Assembly (NCBI GenBank): GCA_965246715.1
Contig: CBDFFH010000020.1
Coordinates: forward strand, 96,001-160,000
DNA from: Chamaesiphon sp.
Lineage (GTDB): Bacteria; Cyanobacteriota; Cyanobacteriia; Cyanobacteriales; Chamaesiphonaceae
Direction of reading: 5' to 3'
DNA: 64,000 nt
Position numbers and translations under genes: made by a program. Of this stretch, positions 51,801-61,277 are shown one piece after another (positions within the stretch are counted from its first letter, which is position 1; every line of letters starts with the position of its first letter). Under the pieces are notes generated by a model, which worked only from the letters and a program-made list of their open reading frames with translations, was not told where the DNA came from and ran no database searches.

Positions 51801-52722
51801 AGTGGTGGATGCAGAAGGGCGTGTTGTGAGAGCAAACCTCATCGAGTCAGAGAATTTATCCAAACCGATTGACGAACAGGTGGGTCGAACATTACACGAA
51901 ATTTTTGAGAGATCGCAAGCCGATACATTTCTTGGCTATATTCGGCAAGCATTGAGCACTCAGCAGCCTCTAATGGTTGAGTATAGATTGATGATGGGAG
52001 GGTGGGAAACCTGGTTTGCAGCTAGCATTTCACCCATCTCAGAACATTCGGTCATTTGGCTGGCAAGAGACATCACCGATCGCAAACTTGCTGAAGCAGC
52101 CTCAATCCTAGAAGAGCGCAACCGGATGGCAAGAGAAATTCACGATACGCTCGCCCAATCTTTCACAGGTATTATCATTCATGCTAGAGCCGCTGGTAGT
52201 AAGCTAACGGTAGACCCAGCAAAAGCTCAGGACTACTTAGCTCAAGCCCAAAACTTAGCTCGAACTGGACTCGAAGAGGCACGCCGCTCTGTAGAGGCGT
52301 TGCGCCGCCCATACTTACTAGAAAATAACGATCTACCCAGTGCTTTCAGGCATCTGATCGGCCAGCTAGAATCATCCACTAACACCATCATTGTCTGTGA
52401 AGCCATCGGTATTCCCGATCCGCTACCCTCTGAGGTGGAGAATAATCTGCTGAGGATCGGCCAGGAAGCATTGACTAATGCACTAAAATATGCCGAAGCG
52501 AGTGAAATTCGTGTCGAACTAATTTACCAGTCCCCGCAGTGTATCCTCCGAATTAAGGATGATGGACGAGGATTTACGCTCGATCGGACTCGTCACAATG
52601 GGTTTGGTTTATTAGGCATGGCAGAACGTGCCGAGCGGATTGGGGCACAGATCCAGATCCAGAGTGCCCCCGGACAAGGAACAGAAATTACGGTATCCGT
52701 GAATCAGGAAAACCCATCATGA
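45880..52722 (+). CDS. Hybrid Ser/Thr kinase - AAA ATPase - GAF - PAS - GAF - PAS - HisKA_3 histidine kinase
   Basis: HKDINPGN, DFG, SPEQTGRMNR, GYAGIGKS, FLDDLQW, LYLEN, ERNRMAREIHDTLAQ, QEALTNALKY, DDGRGF. Confidence 0.93.
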   Translation: MIALAGIAIQDKIYESANSLVYRGITDDGLAIVIKMLKQDYPSPPELTRYRQEYQITRSLNLEGVVKVYSQRDYQRTLVMLLEDFGGESLEQWMRQRSDFYPMPLATFIRLAIDLTDILGRIHAAGVIHKDINPGNIVLNLETGVVKIIDFGIATQFSRTNPTFKSPHGLEGTLAYLSPEQTGRMNRSIDYRTDFYSLGVTFYELITGHLPFPTTDLLELVHCHIAKPPVPPHELNAAIPKPISEIVLKLMAKNAEARYQSAWGIKADLELCDRQLAEIGRIDRFQLALQDVADRFQIPQKLYGRDKEVALLLSAFDRVACPADDNSEPRFKVEMMLVSGYAGIGKSALVQELYKPITAKRGYFISGKFDQFGRNIPYSAIVDALRKLMQQLLGESEDRVQYWRSNLLTALGSNGQLIIDVLPEVESIVGKQPPLPEVGSTEAQNRFNLVFQKFIRACCSDEHPLVIFLDDLQWVDSATLKFIELILSDREMQSLLLIGAYRDNEVTAAHPLMATLEKLKQETVAINRIMLAPLELGAVAQLIAETLHMPTESIESLAELVWRKANGNPYFTNEFLKTLYTEDFIVFNMDRRCWQWDVAQIRATNITDNVVESIFGKLKQLPEQTQQVLRLAACIGAEFDLAALSTICERPAVEIFAELTTTLQSELILATSELDENLLIQNYKFSHDRVQQSAYVLIAQEQQQAVHLQIGYLLLQSNQSETAPNNLFEVVDHLNLGRNLILEQDERDRLARLNLIAGQKAKMTSAYSAALQYLNVGIELLVIDSWQVQYPVTLALYEEVTEVAYLYGDFQQMEQWAIVVLKQANTVLDKIKVYETKIQAWMAQGRQLEAIKIGLEVLELLGIALPQTPTEVDVHRKLTETVDYFNAINIEDLLELPLMREPAKLAAMQILSGLVAATFEAAPSLLPLIVCEQINLSARYGNTSSSTFAYATYGGLILNGIIRDFERAYQFGKLALNLTEKLDSKRLKSRVIQIVTGHLMHCKDRIDRTLSLLHEGYETALETGDLVYCGYCALFDCLHLYFAGSELSKIESKIKFYSNILAPLKQENTLNYLGKLQQVIYNLIEQLENPGCLLGNNYSEQQLLPSYLAANDRCNLYHLYLDKLILSYLFADAPQAVEYAAQAELYLDGALGTFSTPVFYFYDSLVQMKVYQSVSLSEQELLLRKIISNQEKMQRWADSAPTNFQHKYDLIAAEKARILGRTDEAMSLYERAIAGAKDNQFIQEEALASELAAKFYLVRGLARIAQIYIKEAHYCYRRWGATAKVKDLETRYPQFFPQSSGMANTPIHATAETTSNHSPTAFDLATVMKASQAISSEIELEQLLTSLMQILIENAGAQTGFLILENAGEWTIEAACELNDGDRVCATRVLQSLPMANRLPESVIQYVIRTHESVILNDATCEGNFINEPYIQHNQTRSLLCLPLLNQSKLVGVLYLENQLATGAFTPDRMQVLKLLSTQAAISIENAKLYSKLRASESKMTQFLEAIPVGVGIVDANGRPYYANQRGIQLMGKGIDPAVATEQIAEVYQFYVTGTDRIYATENMPIIRALSGECTTVDDVDIRQNNATIPIEVWGTPIFDEQGKVVYAIAAFQDITERKRTEHLLANYNRTLEQQVVERTAALQKSEATLRDREQQLRLIADALPALIGYVDANRCHQFINRTYEVWFSRSCDEILGNSVRELLGETVYQKIEPYIDRVFAGQTVTMETEIPFELGKRSISSTFIPDFVGGASSLENRHDRVRGFYSLITDISDRKQSEEVLRQSEAQFREQAILSAFRAELDNALAQSDDLPSMLHRCAEAVVKYFNAAFARIWTLNKDKIVLELQASAGMYTRLDGTYSRVPVGSFKVGRIAEDRCPLLTNNVFDESIIDREWAEREGMVAFAGYPILLDEQLVGVIAMFTRHPIPLSNFEALEFAAREIGLGIKRKQAEVALQASEAELRALFSAMPDPLLVVDAEGRVVRANLIESENLSKPIDEQVGRTLHEIFERSQADTFLGYIRQALSTQQPLMVEYRLMMGGWETWFAASISPISEHSVIWLARDITDRKLAEAASILEERNRMAREIHDTLAQSFTGIIIHARAAGSKLTVDPAKAQDYLAQAQNLARTGLEEARRSVEALRRPYLLENNDLPSAFRHLIGQLESSTNTIIVCEAIGIPDPLPSEVENNLLRIGQEALTNALKYAEASEIRVELIYQSPQCILRIKDDGRGFTLDRTRHNGFGLLGMAERAERIGAQIQIQSAPGQGTEITVSVNQENPS
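51125..51148 (+). mobile_element. 24-nt double-hairpin micro-element (in frame, VGGASSLEN, in a PAS/PAC loop)
   Basis: cg|TT GGC-gga-GCC TCTTC-cct-GGAGA|atcg; removal gives PDFDRHDRVRG. Confidence 0.85.
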
Positions 52723-53348
52723 GCCAACCCAAACCCATTCATGTTCTGGTTGTAGACGATCACCCTGTTGTGCGTCAGGGTTTGGTCGCGATGTTGGAAG
52801 AAGTGCCAGATATTCTGGTCGTCGGACAAGTTGGGAATGGTCGTGAAGCAATTGCTGTCTTTCGTCAACAGCAGCCAGATGTGACTTTGATGGATTTACG
52901 AATGCCTGAGATGGATGGAGTTGCGGCGATTACGGCCATCTGCGCTGAGTTTCCTGCTGCTAGGATTATCGTGTTAACGACTTACGACGGCGATGAAGAC
53001 ATTTATCAAGGATTGCGGGCTGGAGCCAAAGGGTATTTGCTCAAGGATGCAGAGCCAGAAGAATTGCTGTCCGCGATTCGCGCCGTTTACAAAGGACAGA
53101 AACACATTCCACCCCATGTCGGTGCCAAACTCGTAGAGCGGATGGCGAGTTCAGAATTGAGCGATCGCGAGTTAGAGGTGCTTCAGCTCATTACAACGGG
53201 CAAGAGTACCCAAGCTGTTAGCAAGGCTCTAAATATTACCGAACGCACGGTCAACTTTCATATCAATCATATTTTAAGCAAGCTGGGCGTGGAAGATCGC
53301 ACTCAAGCTGTGATCGTTGCCTTGAGACGCGGCATTGTTAGCTTGTAG
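52719..53348 (+). CDS. NarL/FixJ family response regulator
   Basis: VVDDHP, LMDLRMP, GYLLK, LSDRELEVL HTH; ATGA overlap with the kinase. Confidence 0.93.
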   Translation: MSQPKPIHVLVVDDHPVVRQGLVAMLEEVPDILVVGQVGNGREAIAVFRQQQPDVTLMDLRMPEMDGVAAITAICAEFPAARIIVLTTYDGDEDIYQGLRAGAKGYLLKDAEPEELLSAIRAVYKGQKHIPPHVGAKLVERMASSELSDRELEVLQLITTGKSTQAVSKALNITERTVNFHINHILSKLGVEDRTQAVIVALRRGIVSL

Positions 53349-53351
53349 CAC

Positions 53352-53514
53352 CATACCTGTCAAATTTGTCAGCTTATTTTCTGAGATCTTTCTCAGCGAC
53401 AAAATCGACTGAACTCTCTAAATTAAGACTATGCAACGGATAACGCAGCGATATGGGCTTGTCCCACTGTGAAAGAGGTTTTAAAGCGATCGGCGGTCTT
53501 TATCTGCTGCATTC
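53352..53514 (+). promoter_or_regulatory. Duplicated promoter/leader, copy 1, with 6-4-6 palindromes
   Basis: CTGTCA-aatt-TGTCAG (53357) and CTGAGA-tctt-TCTCAG (53381); homologous to 58414-58600. Confidence 0.75.
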
Positions 53515-53727
53515 TCAGTCTCATCTTTCATATCCGAAGTGTCGCCGCAACCAAGGCACGATCTTGTCTTCTCAAGATTGGCAGAAGTTGATGCAAGCTG
53601 GAGTATTGGATGACGACTTTGGCGATCGCGATACCTACGAACAGTCGAGCGAACGATCGAGTCTGGACGATTGCACTGTCAGCCGATTATTAAGCGGTGA
53701 AGTCAAAGTTGATAAGCGGACACTTAA
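53453..53727 (+). pseudogene. Truncated HTH-like protein resembling the STAND N-terminal domain
   Basis: RRNQGTILSSQDWQKL..GDRDTYEQSSERSSL..TVSRLL..VDKRTL versus [37 protein letters not shown]. Confidence 0.55.
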
Positions 53728-54454
53728 AAATGAAACTCAATGACCCAGAAACTTGGCTCAAGGCAGATGCGACACTGGAAATTGACGAGCATCCACAACT
53801 AGGGCAAGTCAGAGTCCAACAATGGCAGGACTTACATTTCTATCGGGCGGCTGGTCATCTGGTCAATTTGATTCTGATTGAAAGAATCAAACCCATGTCC
53901 AACGGTCAGCCCTTTCCGCCCTTGTGGTTAGCTTGGGTGGGTGCTAGAACCTTACCCTTAGAAACTGTTTGGTTTAAGTATTTGCGTCGCTTTGGGGTGG
54001 ATCATTGGTATCGGTTTGCGAAACAACGATTGCACTGGACATTGCCGAATTTGAGAACTCCTGAGCAATCTGAGCGATGGAGCGATTTGATGCCATTGAT
54101 GAGTTGGCAACTCTGGTTGGCTAAAGATCTCGTAGTGGAAACTAGACTGCCATGGCAACCTGCTACTATTAATTTAACCCCTGGACGTGTTGCCCAATCT
54201 ATGTTTTCAGTTTTGGTGGCGATTGGAACTCCGGCTCAAACACCCAAACCACGCGGAAAATCCCCTGGCTGGACTAAAGGAAACACCCGTACTAAGCCAC
54301 CTCGTTATCAGACTGTTAAAAAACGGGTTTCTCGACCTAAAAAAGTCCCGAAAGTCGCTGCTTAATCTTCCGTCTCTTCCCTTTTTTGCCAACACTTTGT
54401 CTTCAATTGACGGCACCCATTTTTTCTGCACCCATTTTTTAGTCTAAACTCCAG
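53728..54454 (+). mobile_element. 3' fragment of an IS4/IS701-clan element (transposase C-terminal half plus one end)
   Basis: YLRRFGVDHWYRFAKQRLHWT, PKPRGKSPGW; N-terminus missing; putative end ..TAGTCTAAACTCCAG. Confidence 0.75.
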
Positions 54455-54457
54455 CCA

Positions 54458-54646
54458 TTGACAGTTCGCGAGTTAGAGGTATTGCAACTGATTGTTGACG
54501 GACACGATAATTCTGCGATCTCTAGGAAGCTCTACATCACTACAGGTACGGTGAAGACCCACGTGCGCGGTGCTTTGAGAAAACTCTGTGCAAACAATCG
54601 TACTCAGGCAGCGATTCGCGCACTCCGCTCTGGTCTTGTTCGCTAA
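54458..54646 (+). pseudogene. Isolated LuxR-type HTH fragment
   Basis: LTVRELEVLQLIVDG..TVKTHV..RTQAAIRALRSGLV, abutting the IS end. Confidence 0.75.
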
Positions 54647-54956
54647 ACAAGGTATCGAACATCAACACGATCGCTATTGAGAAGATCTCGATTTCTTCAG
54701 CAATTTACCCAAGATCGCCAAATTCATATTGTCTCAGGAACGGATGAGGAAATCGATCGAGCGCAACAGGTTCTAAAGAACGCAGAGCTTGAAATCGATC
54801 GAGCAGTTGCGGCCTAATAATGAGTCGAGGATTTTCGATCGTTGGCACAGGAGGCTCAATTGTGAATCTCGTGAGGACGATCGATCGAACGGTAAATGTG
54901 TAGTTTTAAGCATCAAGAAGCAAAATTTAACCCCTACTATCATCTTGGAGGAAAAA

Positions 54957-56846
54957 ATGGCAAAAGTTGTTGGCATCGATCTAGGAACCACAAATTCCTG
55001 TATTGCAGTAATCGAAGGCGGACAACCGCTGGTCATTGCAAACGCAGAAGGACAACGGACTACCCCTTCAGTTGTTGCCTATACAAAAATAGGCGATCGC
55101 CTTGTGGGTCAAATCGCGCGGCGGCAAGGCGTGATGAACCCTGAAAACACATTCTATTCTGTGAAACGATTCATCGGTCGGAAGTACGAGGAAGTCGAGC
55201 AGGGAGCTAGCGAGGTTTCCTACAAGGTGTTGCGGGATAGCACTGGGAACGTCAAAATTGATTGTCCCGCGCTCAAAAAACAGTTTGCACCCGAAGAAAT
55301 TTCGGCACAGATTCTGCGGAAATTGGTAGACGATGCCAGTCAATATCTGGGCGAGAAAGTGACTGAAGCCGTCATCACCGTTCCCGCTTATTTCAACGAC
55401 TCGCAGCGGCAAGCAACTCAAGATGCAGGCAAAATTGCCGGATTAGAAGTGCGTCGCATTATCAACGAACCGACTGCTGCTGCACTGGCATACGGTTTAG
55501 ATAAAAAAAGCAACGAGACGATTCTCGTATTTGACTTAGGGGGTGGAACCTTCGACGTATCCGTACTCGAAGTGGGCGATGGGGTGTTTGAAGTCCGAGC
55601 GACTAGTGGCGATACGCACTTAGGCGGCGATGACTTTGATAAAAAAGTTGTCGATTGGATCGCAGGCGAATTTCAGCGGAACGAAGGCATCGATCTCCGC
55701 AAGGATAAGCAAGCCTTACAACGGTTAACTGAAGCGGCTGAGAAAGCCAAAATCGAGCTTTCCAGCACCACGCAAACCACGATTAATCTCCCCTTTGTGA
55801 CTGCGACGCAAGCAGGCCCGAAGCACCTCGACTTAACGTTAACCAGAGGTCAGTTCGAGCAGATGTGTGAAGATTTGCTCGATCGTTGCCGCCTTCCAGT
55901 CGAACAAGCCCTTAAAGATGCCAATCTCACCAGTGCGGCTCTCGATGAAGTGATTTTAGTCGGTGGATCGACTCGGATTCCGGCGGTACAACAACTCGTG
56001 CGGCGGATGACTGGCAAAGAACCAAATCAGGGGGTGAATCCCGATGAAGTGGTGGCAGTCGGAGCGGCGATTCAAGCCGGAGTGCTCGCGGGTGAAGTGA
56101 AAGATATCTTGCTACTAGATGTCACGCCGCTTTCTCTAGGCGTGGAAACAATGGGCGGTGTGATGACGAAAATTATTCCCCGCAACACGACGATCCCCGC
56201 TAAAAAATCAGAAACGTTCTCGACGGCAGTAGATGCTCAACCGAATGTCGAAATTCACGTTTTACAAGGGGAGCGGGAACTCGCTAACGACGACAAGAGC
56301 CTGGGCACGTTCCGACTGGATGGCATCCCACCTGCTCCGCGCGGAGTGCCACAAATCGAGGTGACGTTTGATATTGATGCCAATGGACTGTTGGCGGTAA
56401 CGGCGAAAGATCGGGCATCGGGTAAAGAACAATCGATTACGATTACAGGTGCTTCTACGCTGGATAAAAGCGACGTGGAACGCATGGTGCGAGATGCTGA
56501 AACTCACGCGGAAGCAGATCGCCGTCGGCGAGAGCAAATCGATACCAAGAACAACGCGGATGCACTCGCTTATCAAGCCGAAAAACAACTGCAAGACTTA
56601 AACGGAAAGGTTTCGGATGCCGATAAGCATCGGGCGCAAGCATTGATTCACAGTCTGCGTGAAGCGATCGATCGAGAGGACTACGATCGCATGAGCGTGC
56701 TGACTCAGGATTTGCAACAAGCTTTGATGCAAATTGGTAGCTCTGTTTACGCTCATGCAAACGCCACAGGTACTCCAGATTCTGCTCCTCAAAGCACCAC
56801 TAGCGGAAATAGTGACGATGTAATCGATGCTGATTTTTTGCTATAA
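54957..56846 (+). CDS. dnaK: Chaperone DnaK (Hsp70)
   Basis: [46 protein letters not shown] before ATG 54957. Confidence 0.96.
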   Translation: MAKVVGIDLGTTNSCIAVIEGGQPLVIANAEGQRTTPSVVAYTKIGDRLVGQIARRQGVMNPENTFYSVKRFIGRKYEEVEQGASEVSYKVLRDSTGNVKIDCPALKKQFAPEEISAQILRKLVDDASQYLGEKVTEAVITVPAYFNDSQRQATQDAGKIAGLEVRRIINEPTAAALAYGLDKKSNETILVFDLGGGTFDVSVLEVGDGVFEVRATSGDTHLGGDDFDKKVVDWIAGEFQRNEGIDLRKDKQALQRLTEAAEKAKIELSSTTQTTINLPFVTATQAGPKHLDLTLTRGQFEQMCEDLLDRCRLPVEQALKDANLTSAALDEVILVGGSTRIPAVQQLVRRMTGKEPNQGVNPDEVVAVGAAIQAGVLAGEVKDILLLDVTPLSLGVETMGGVMTKIIPRNTTIPAKKSETFSTAVDAQPNVEIHVLQGERELANDDKSLGTFRLDGIPPAPRGVPQIEVTFDIDANGLLAVTAKDRASGKEQSITITGASTLDKSDVERMVRDAETHAEADRRRREQIDTKNNADALAYQAEKQLQDLNGKVSDADKHRAQALIHSLREAIDREDYDRMSVLTQDLQQALMQIGSSVYAHANATGTPDSAPQSTTSGNSDDVIDADFLL

Positions 56847-56939
56847 CATCAAATCTTCCGACCGAGTATGGGCTTGCATTCCGCACTCGGACTCAATCGT
56901 TAACCTAGCGGCTCGTAACTCGCGATCGAGAGACCAGTA

Positions 56940-57908
56940 ATGCCAACTGCAACAGATTTTAAAGACTACTACGCCACTTTGGGAGTCAGCAAAACCGCAA
57001 CTCCCAAAGAAATCAAGCTGGCTTACCGCAAGCTGGCTCGTAAGCATCATCCTGACCTCAATCCCGACAATAAGGATGCAGAGGCAAAGTTCAAGGACTT
57101 AAATGAAGCGAATGAGGTGCTTTCCGACCCAGAGAAGCGACAAAAGTACGATCGGTTCGGTCAATACTGGAATCAGGCAGATCGGGGCGAAACTTCGCCA
57201 TCTAGCCAGAATTATCGGGCTACCTCTGAAGACTTCGATCGGTATACCGACTTTGATTCATTTATCAACGATCTGCTGGGTGGGCTAGGCAATCGAGGGC
57301 AATCGACACGCAGAACCTACAGCGATCGAACTGAGCCAGGAGCAGCTTGGGACGGATTCCGCACTCAAGCTCCCTCAGATACGGAAGCTGCGATCGCGCT
57401 CACTTTTTCTGAAGCCTTTCACGGTGTTCAAAAGCATCTGCAACTAGACGATGAAACTATTAAGGTTCGGATTCCCGCAGGTGCAAAACCAGGGAGTCGC
57501 ATTCGGATTAAGGGTAAGGGTCGTCTTAGCCCATTTTCGCAGCAGCGCGGCGATTTGTATTTGACGATCGACCTCTTGCCGCATCCCTTCTTCCGCTTTG
57601 AAGGAGATGACCTCGTTTGCGATCTGCCGATTCGACCCGATGAGGCAGTTTTAGGGGCGAACATTAGCGTCCCCATCCCCGATGGCAGCGTGAGTGTCAG
57701 AGTGCCCAAAGGTACGCGATCCGGTCAATCGCTAAGACTGCGCGGCAAAGGCTGGGTCGTACCAAACGGGAAACGAGGTGATTTATTTGCCAAACTTCAA
57801 ATCGTCACTCCTAAGGATCTCAGCCCGATCGAGCAGGAATACTACGAGAAAATTCAGTCAACGACCAGCTTTAACCCGCGTGCTTCATTGGAGGAAATCA
57901 AGCTATGA
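56940..57908 (+). CDS. cbpA: DnaJ-class co-chaperone without zinc finger (CbpA-like)
   Basis: J domain with HPD, C-terminal DnaJ_C, no CxxCxGxG repeats. Confidence 0.88.
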   Translation: MPTATDFKDYYATLGVSKTATPKEIKLAYRKLARKHHPDLNPDNKDAEAKFKDLNEANEVLSDPEKRQKYDRFGQYWNQADRGETSPSSQNYRATSEDFDRYTDFDSFINDLLGGLGNRGQSTRRTYSDRTEPGAAWDGFRTQAPSDTEAAIALTFSEAFHGVQKHLQLDDETIKVRIPAGAKPGSRIRIKGKGRLSPFSQQRGDLYLTIDLLPHPFFRFEGDDLVCDLPIRPDEAVLGANISVPIPDGSVSVRVPKGTRSGQSLRLRGKGWVVPNGKRGDLFAKLQIVTPKDLSPIEQEYYEKIQSTTSFNPRASLEEIKL

Positions 57909-58189
57909 CTTTCAGGCTTTCCAGGATTGTCGTTTCGCATGAGGGCGATCCACTCTACAGCTTTGAATATGCTGCATCGCTCGCCGAAACTTCCATCACA
58001 GTGGTGGAAGCTTGTATTGAACTAGGCGCGATCGAAGCGGTCGGCTCGATGCTACATGCTCGCGAAATTACTCGCATCGCTCAGATTCAGCGGTTGCGTC
58101 AAGACTTGGGATTAAACCTAGTTGGAGCAGCAATGGTGCTAGATATGGCACAGGAAATTGCTCGATTACGGGCACGACTCAAGGTGTGA
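57905..58189 (+). CDS. cbpM: Chaperone modulator CbpM (MerR-like)
   Basis: [23 protein letters not shown] overlap with cbpA. Confidence 0.82.
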   Translation: MTFRLSRIVVSHEGDPLYSFEYAASLAETSITVVEACIELGAIEAVGSMLHAREITRIAQIQRLRQDLGLNLVGAAMVLDMAQEIARLRARLKV

Positions 58190-58233
58190 AGTGACTCTCT
58201 TCCTCGAACCTAAAATCTAAGTTTTTCTAACCG

Positions 58234-58273
58234 TAACCAGCCAGTTAATTTCCCAAAAATAACTGGCTGGTTA
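58234..58273. terminator. Hairpin after cbpM
   Basis: TAACCAGCCAGTTA..TAACTGGCTGGTTA. Confidence 0.6.
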
Positions 58274-58413
58274 TCGTGCCTTGCAAACGCAAATCGAACA
58301 ACTGATTCATCAAATTTAGACGCTTCCCTCAGAATTAGATGTGTTTGATGAAATTTGGTTCTTAACAACATGGAAGAAATTCTTGTGACATTTAATGTGG
58401 GTAAAGTGGCAGT

Positions 58414-58600
58414 CATACCTGTCAAATTTGTCAGTCGATCGGTTGTTGAATTTGTCAGCTTATTTTCTGAGATCTTTCTCAGCGACAAAATCAACTGAAC
58501 CCTCTAAATTAAGAGTATGCAACAGACAACAGAACGATATGGGTTTACCCAACTGTGAAAGAAGTTTTACAGAAATCGTCGGTCTCCACCTGATGCATTC
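58414..58600 (+). promoter_or_regulatory. Duplicated promoter/leader, copy 2, with three boxes at 24-bp spacing
   Basis: Boxes at 58419, about 58443 (half-degenerate) and 58467. Confidence 0.75.
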
Positions 58601-58618
58601 CTTTCATCGGAGGTGCCT

Positions 58619-59155
58619 ATGAATCTCAGCGATCGCGATCGACTGTTTGTCCCGATTTCAGCACGAGATCGCCTTCAAGGATTGATGGATGCTTCCGTGG
58701 CACTCGTTGAATATGGTGACTACCAATGTCCCACTTGTGGCGAAGTGTACCGATTAATCGAGGCGATCCAGCAACAGGTTACTGACTTGTGTTTTGTCTT
58801 TCGTCATTTTCCACAGTCACAAATACATCTCTATGCTCTCCGCGCCGCCGAAGCGGCTGAAGCGGCGGCAGCACAAGGTCGATTTTGGCAGATGCACGAT
58901 GTTTTATTCGCCCATCAACAAGCGTTGGGAAATGATTATCTGGTAGAATATGCCGATCGAATCGGACTCGATATTTCTCAATTTTTGCAAGATATATCCA
59001 GTCAATTACATATCGATCGCATTAATAAAGATATTGAAAGTGGTTTACAAAGTGGCGTAACAATTGCCCCAGCATTGTTTATTAATGGCATCCGCTATCG
59101 CGATCTCTGGAGCATCAATCGGTTGATGGCAGCCATTGTCCCCCTAAGTCATTAA
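58619..59155 (+). CDS. DsbA family thioredoxin-fold protein
   Basis: EYGDYQCPTCG, FRHFP, AAEAAAAQGRFWQMHD, P..FING. Confidence 0.9.
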   Translation: MNLSDRDRLFVPISARDRLQGLMDASVALVEYGDYQCPTCGEVYRLIEAIQQQVTDLCFVFRHFPQSQIHLYALRAAEAAEAAAAQGRFWQMHDVLFAHQQALGNDYLVEYADRIGLDISQFLQDISSQLHIDRINKDIESGLQSGVTIAPALFINGIRYRDLWSINRLMAAIVPLSH

Positions 59156-59284
59156 ACTGCTTGCTCTCCATCCCCAATTAACCAAGAAACTCTACACGAT
59201 CGATCTCACTCAAGCAGCAATTCGAGCATTTCGCGTCAGGATTGTTAGCTAGATCGGCTCAATTAATTCAGCAAAAATGCAGAG

Positions 59285-60115
59285 GTGTTAACAGTGGTAG
59301 TTTTTACATATAAAAAAGTTCGCAGACGGTTGCTGTTGCTACTCGCATTCAGCGTTTTAGTTGGTGTATTGATGCGTTCCGAAGTAGCCATTTCAACGCA
59401 ATTATCCCAAATTTCTAACTCTAAGCCTTCGATCGTGCTCGTGCATGGTGCCTATGCTGATGCGACATCCTGGCAACACGTCATTCCACTGTTGGAACGG
59501 GATGGCTATAACGTCTCCGCCGTGCAGATTCCGCTCACCTCACTTGCTGATGATGTTACAACGACGAAACGGATGATTGATGCTCAGAAGGGTTCTGTCG
59601 TAGTGGTTGGACATTCCTATGGTGGAAATGTGATTACGGGTGCGGCGGCTGGCAATTCGCGGGTGAAGGCATTAGTTTATGTCAATGCTTTCGCACCGGA
59701 TGCAGGTGAAAAGACGAGCGATTTGAATGGCAGATACGCAGCACCTCCGATTAGCAAGGCAATTGTGTCCGATCCGGCCAACTTTCTCTATGTCGATCGG
59801 CAGAAGTTTCACAATCTTTTTGCCCAGGACGTATCGGAGACTGAGGCGCGGGTGATGGCAGCAACTCAAAAGCCGATCGCTAGCGCAGCTTTCGACCAAT
59901 CAGTGAATGCCATCGCCTGGAAGACAATTCCTTCCTGGTACCTCGTGACTCAAAGCGATCGAGCCATCAACCCTAAGCTTCAGCGATTTATGGCTCAACG
60001 AATTGGTGCTAAGACAACTGAAGTCAACTCCAGTCATGTTCCGTTTATATCTCATCCAAAAGAGGTTACTAAACTGATCGAAGCGGCTGCAACTGCCCCT
60101 GTAAAGAAGTCCTAG
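59285..60115 (+). CDS. Alpha/beta hydrolase with signal peptide
   Basis: LVHGAYAD, VGHSYGG, DRAI, SSHV. Confidence 0.88.
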   Translation: MLTVVVFTYKKVRRRLLLLLAFSVLVGVLMRSEVAISTQLSQISNSKPSIVLVHGAYADATSWQHVIPLLERDGYNVSAVQIPLTSLADDVTTTKRMIDAQKGSVVVVGHSYGGNVITGAAAGNSRVKALVYVNAFAPDAGEKTSDLNGRYAAPPISKAIVSDPANFLYVDRQKFHNLFAQDVSETEARVMAATQKPIASAAFDQSVNAIAWKTIPSWYLVTQSDRAINPKLQRFMAQRIGAKTTEVNSSHVPFISHPKEVTKLIEAAATAPVKKS

Positions 60116-60307
60116 CCGAAAATTAATCGATGGTGTTGAGTCGATCTCGATCTGCCATGCCGACACTTACAAACATCACTTATTCCAGGAGGTAGGATCG
60201 TGCCGATTCAAAATACCAACAAAATTACTAAAGTTGATGGCTCTCAGCCCTTGCTGCATCAGCATGGACATGAAATTCAGCAGTATGGCAAACTGCGAGA
60301 TCTGCCG

Positions 60308-60331
60308 TTCGCGAAGCGTCTCGGAACGAGA
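60308..60331 (+). mobile_element. 24-nt double-hairpin micro-element
   Basis: cg|TT CGC-gaa-GCG TCTCG-gaa-CGAGA|atcg; removal restores DLPIAL. Confidence 0.9.
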
Positions 60332-60505
60332 ATCGCGCTCGACCCTAATGCCCGCACCGAAAGCTGTACGTTAGTCAACCAAATTTTGGCAGACACCATC
60401 ATTCTCTACCACCTCTACAAAAAGCATCATTGGTTGATGCGCGGACACACGTTTTATCAACTGCATCTGTTACTTGACAAACATGCCAGCGAACAGCTTG
60501 AATCG

Positions 60506-60530
60506 TTAGCGTAGCCTCTCGCTTGCGAGA
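60506..60530 (+). mobile_element. 25-nt micro-element variant (stop plus frameshift)
   Basis: cg|TT AGC-gta-GCC TCTCG-cttg-CGAGA|atcg. Confidence 0.88.
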
Positions 60531-60577
60531 ATCGATGCAATGGGAGAACGGGTACAAACACTTGGAGGAGTGGCGAT

Positions 60578-60601
60578 TCCCCTTCAGGGAGGCTTCGCCA
60601 A
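60578..60601 (-). mobile_element. 24-nt double-hairpin micro-element in a full HIP1 site
   Basis: gcg|TT GGC-gaa-GCC TCCCT-gaa-GGGGA|atcgc. Confidence 0.88.
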
Positions 60602-60611
60602 CGCCGACCCG

Positions 60612-61150
60612 TGTCACTTGCAGCATAAAATGGCGGAAAAAGCCAGGTTATGCTTCACAGAGCGAAGTACCTTGGGGAGTAAAGATAGAAGTGGAAGTAG
60701 TTCACAGAAAGAATTTTAGCCAAATGGATTGTGTTCTTCATCTTCCTGATTGAGACTTTCAGGCGATCGATCGCTTAAATAAACCAGCCCTGCTAAAAGC
60801 AAAAGTTGGGATGAGCACAACAAATAGATGTAATCAGTTCAATAACTGTTTATCTTTAAAAAATCTTGCACAGCAAGGGTTTGAGTTATTTTGCATCAGA
60901 ACGATTTAATTTTATCTTGATAAAATGAATCATATATTGTCTGAGAGTTCTCAGAAATAGCTGCTTTTTAGTGAGATTTTGTACCCAATTCGCTAAAAGA
61001 ACTCATCGCCTTGTTATGCTTCATTTTTAGAACTCAACGCCAATTTATGATACAAAACTCGATCGAATCGATCGCCTAGAATGACCTGTTTTCGTTTCTA
61101 GACCGCCAAGTTATGATTCACAAATCCGCCATTTTATGCTGCAAGTGACA
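60612..61150. mobile_element. 539-bp non-autonomous Tn7/Tn5053-like mini-transposon
   Basis: Perfect 26-bp IR TGTCACTTGCAGCATAAAATGGCGGA, TGT..ACA ends, 5-bp TSD ACCCG, repeated internal CGCC-N4-TATG(C/A)T sites. Confidence 0.88.
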
Positions 61151-61277
61151 ACCCGCGCCATGTAGCAGAAGTTACCAAGATTAAGCGTCCTCCCAATGGC
61201 GTTGAAGAAGTGCCCGTGATGCTATCGCGCTTGCTCGAAGCACATGAATTAATTATTGGAGAACTCAGGGATGCGAT

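Noticed and set aside
54789..54956. 56-aa N-terminal extension of DnaK
   Set aside because: The canonical [10 protein letters not shown] start with a GGAGG RBS is at 54957.
60523..60753. 76-aa ORF after the dps 5' fragment
   Set aside because: Out-of-frame read across micro-elements and the transposon end.
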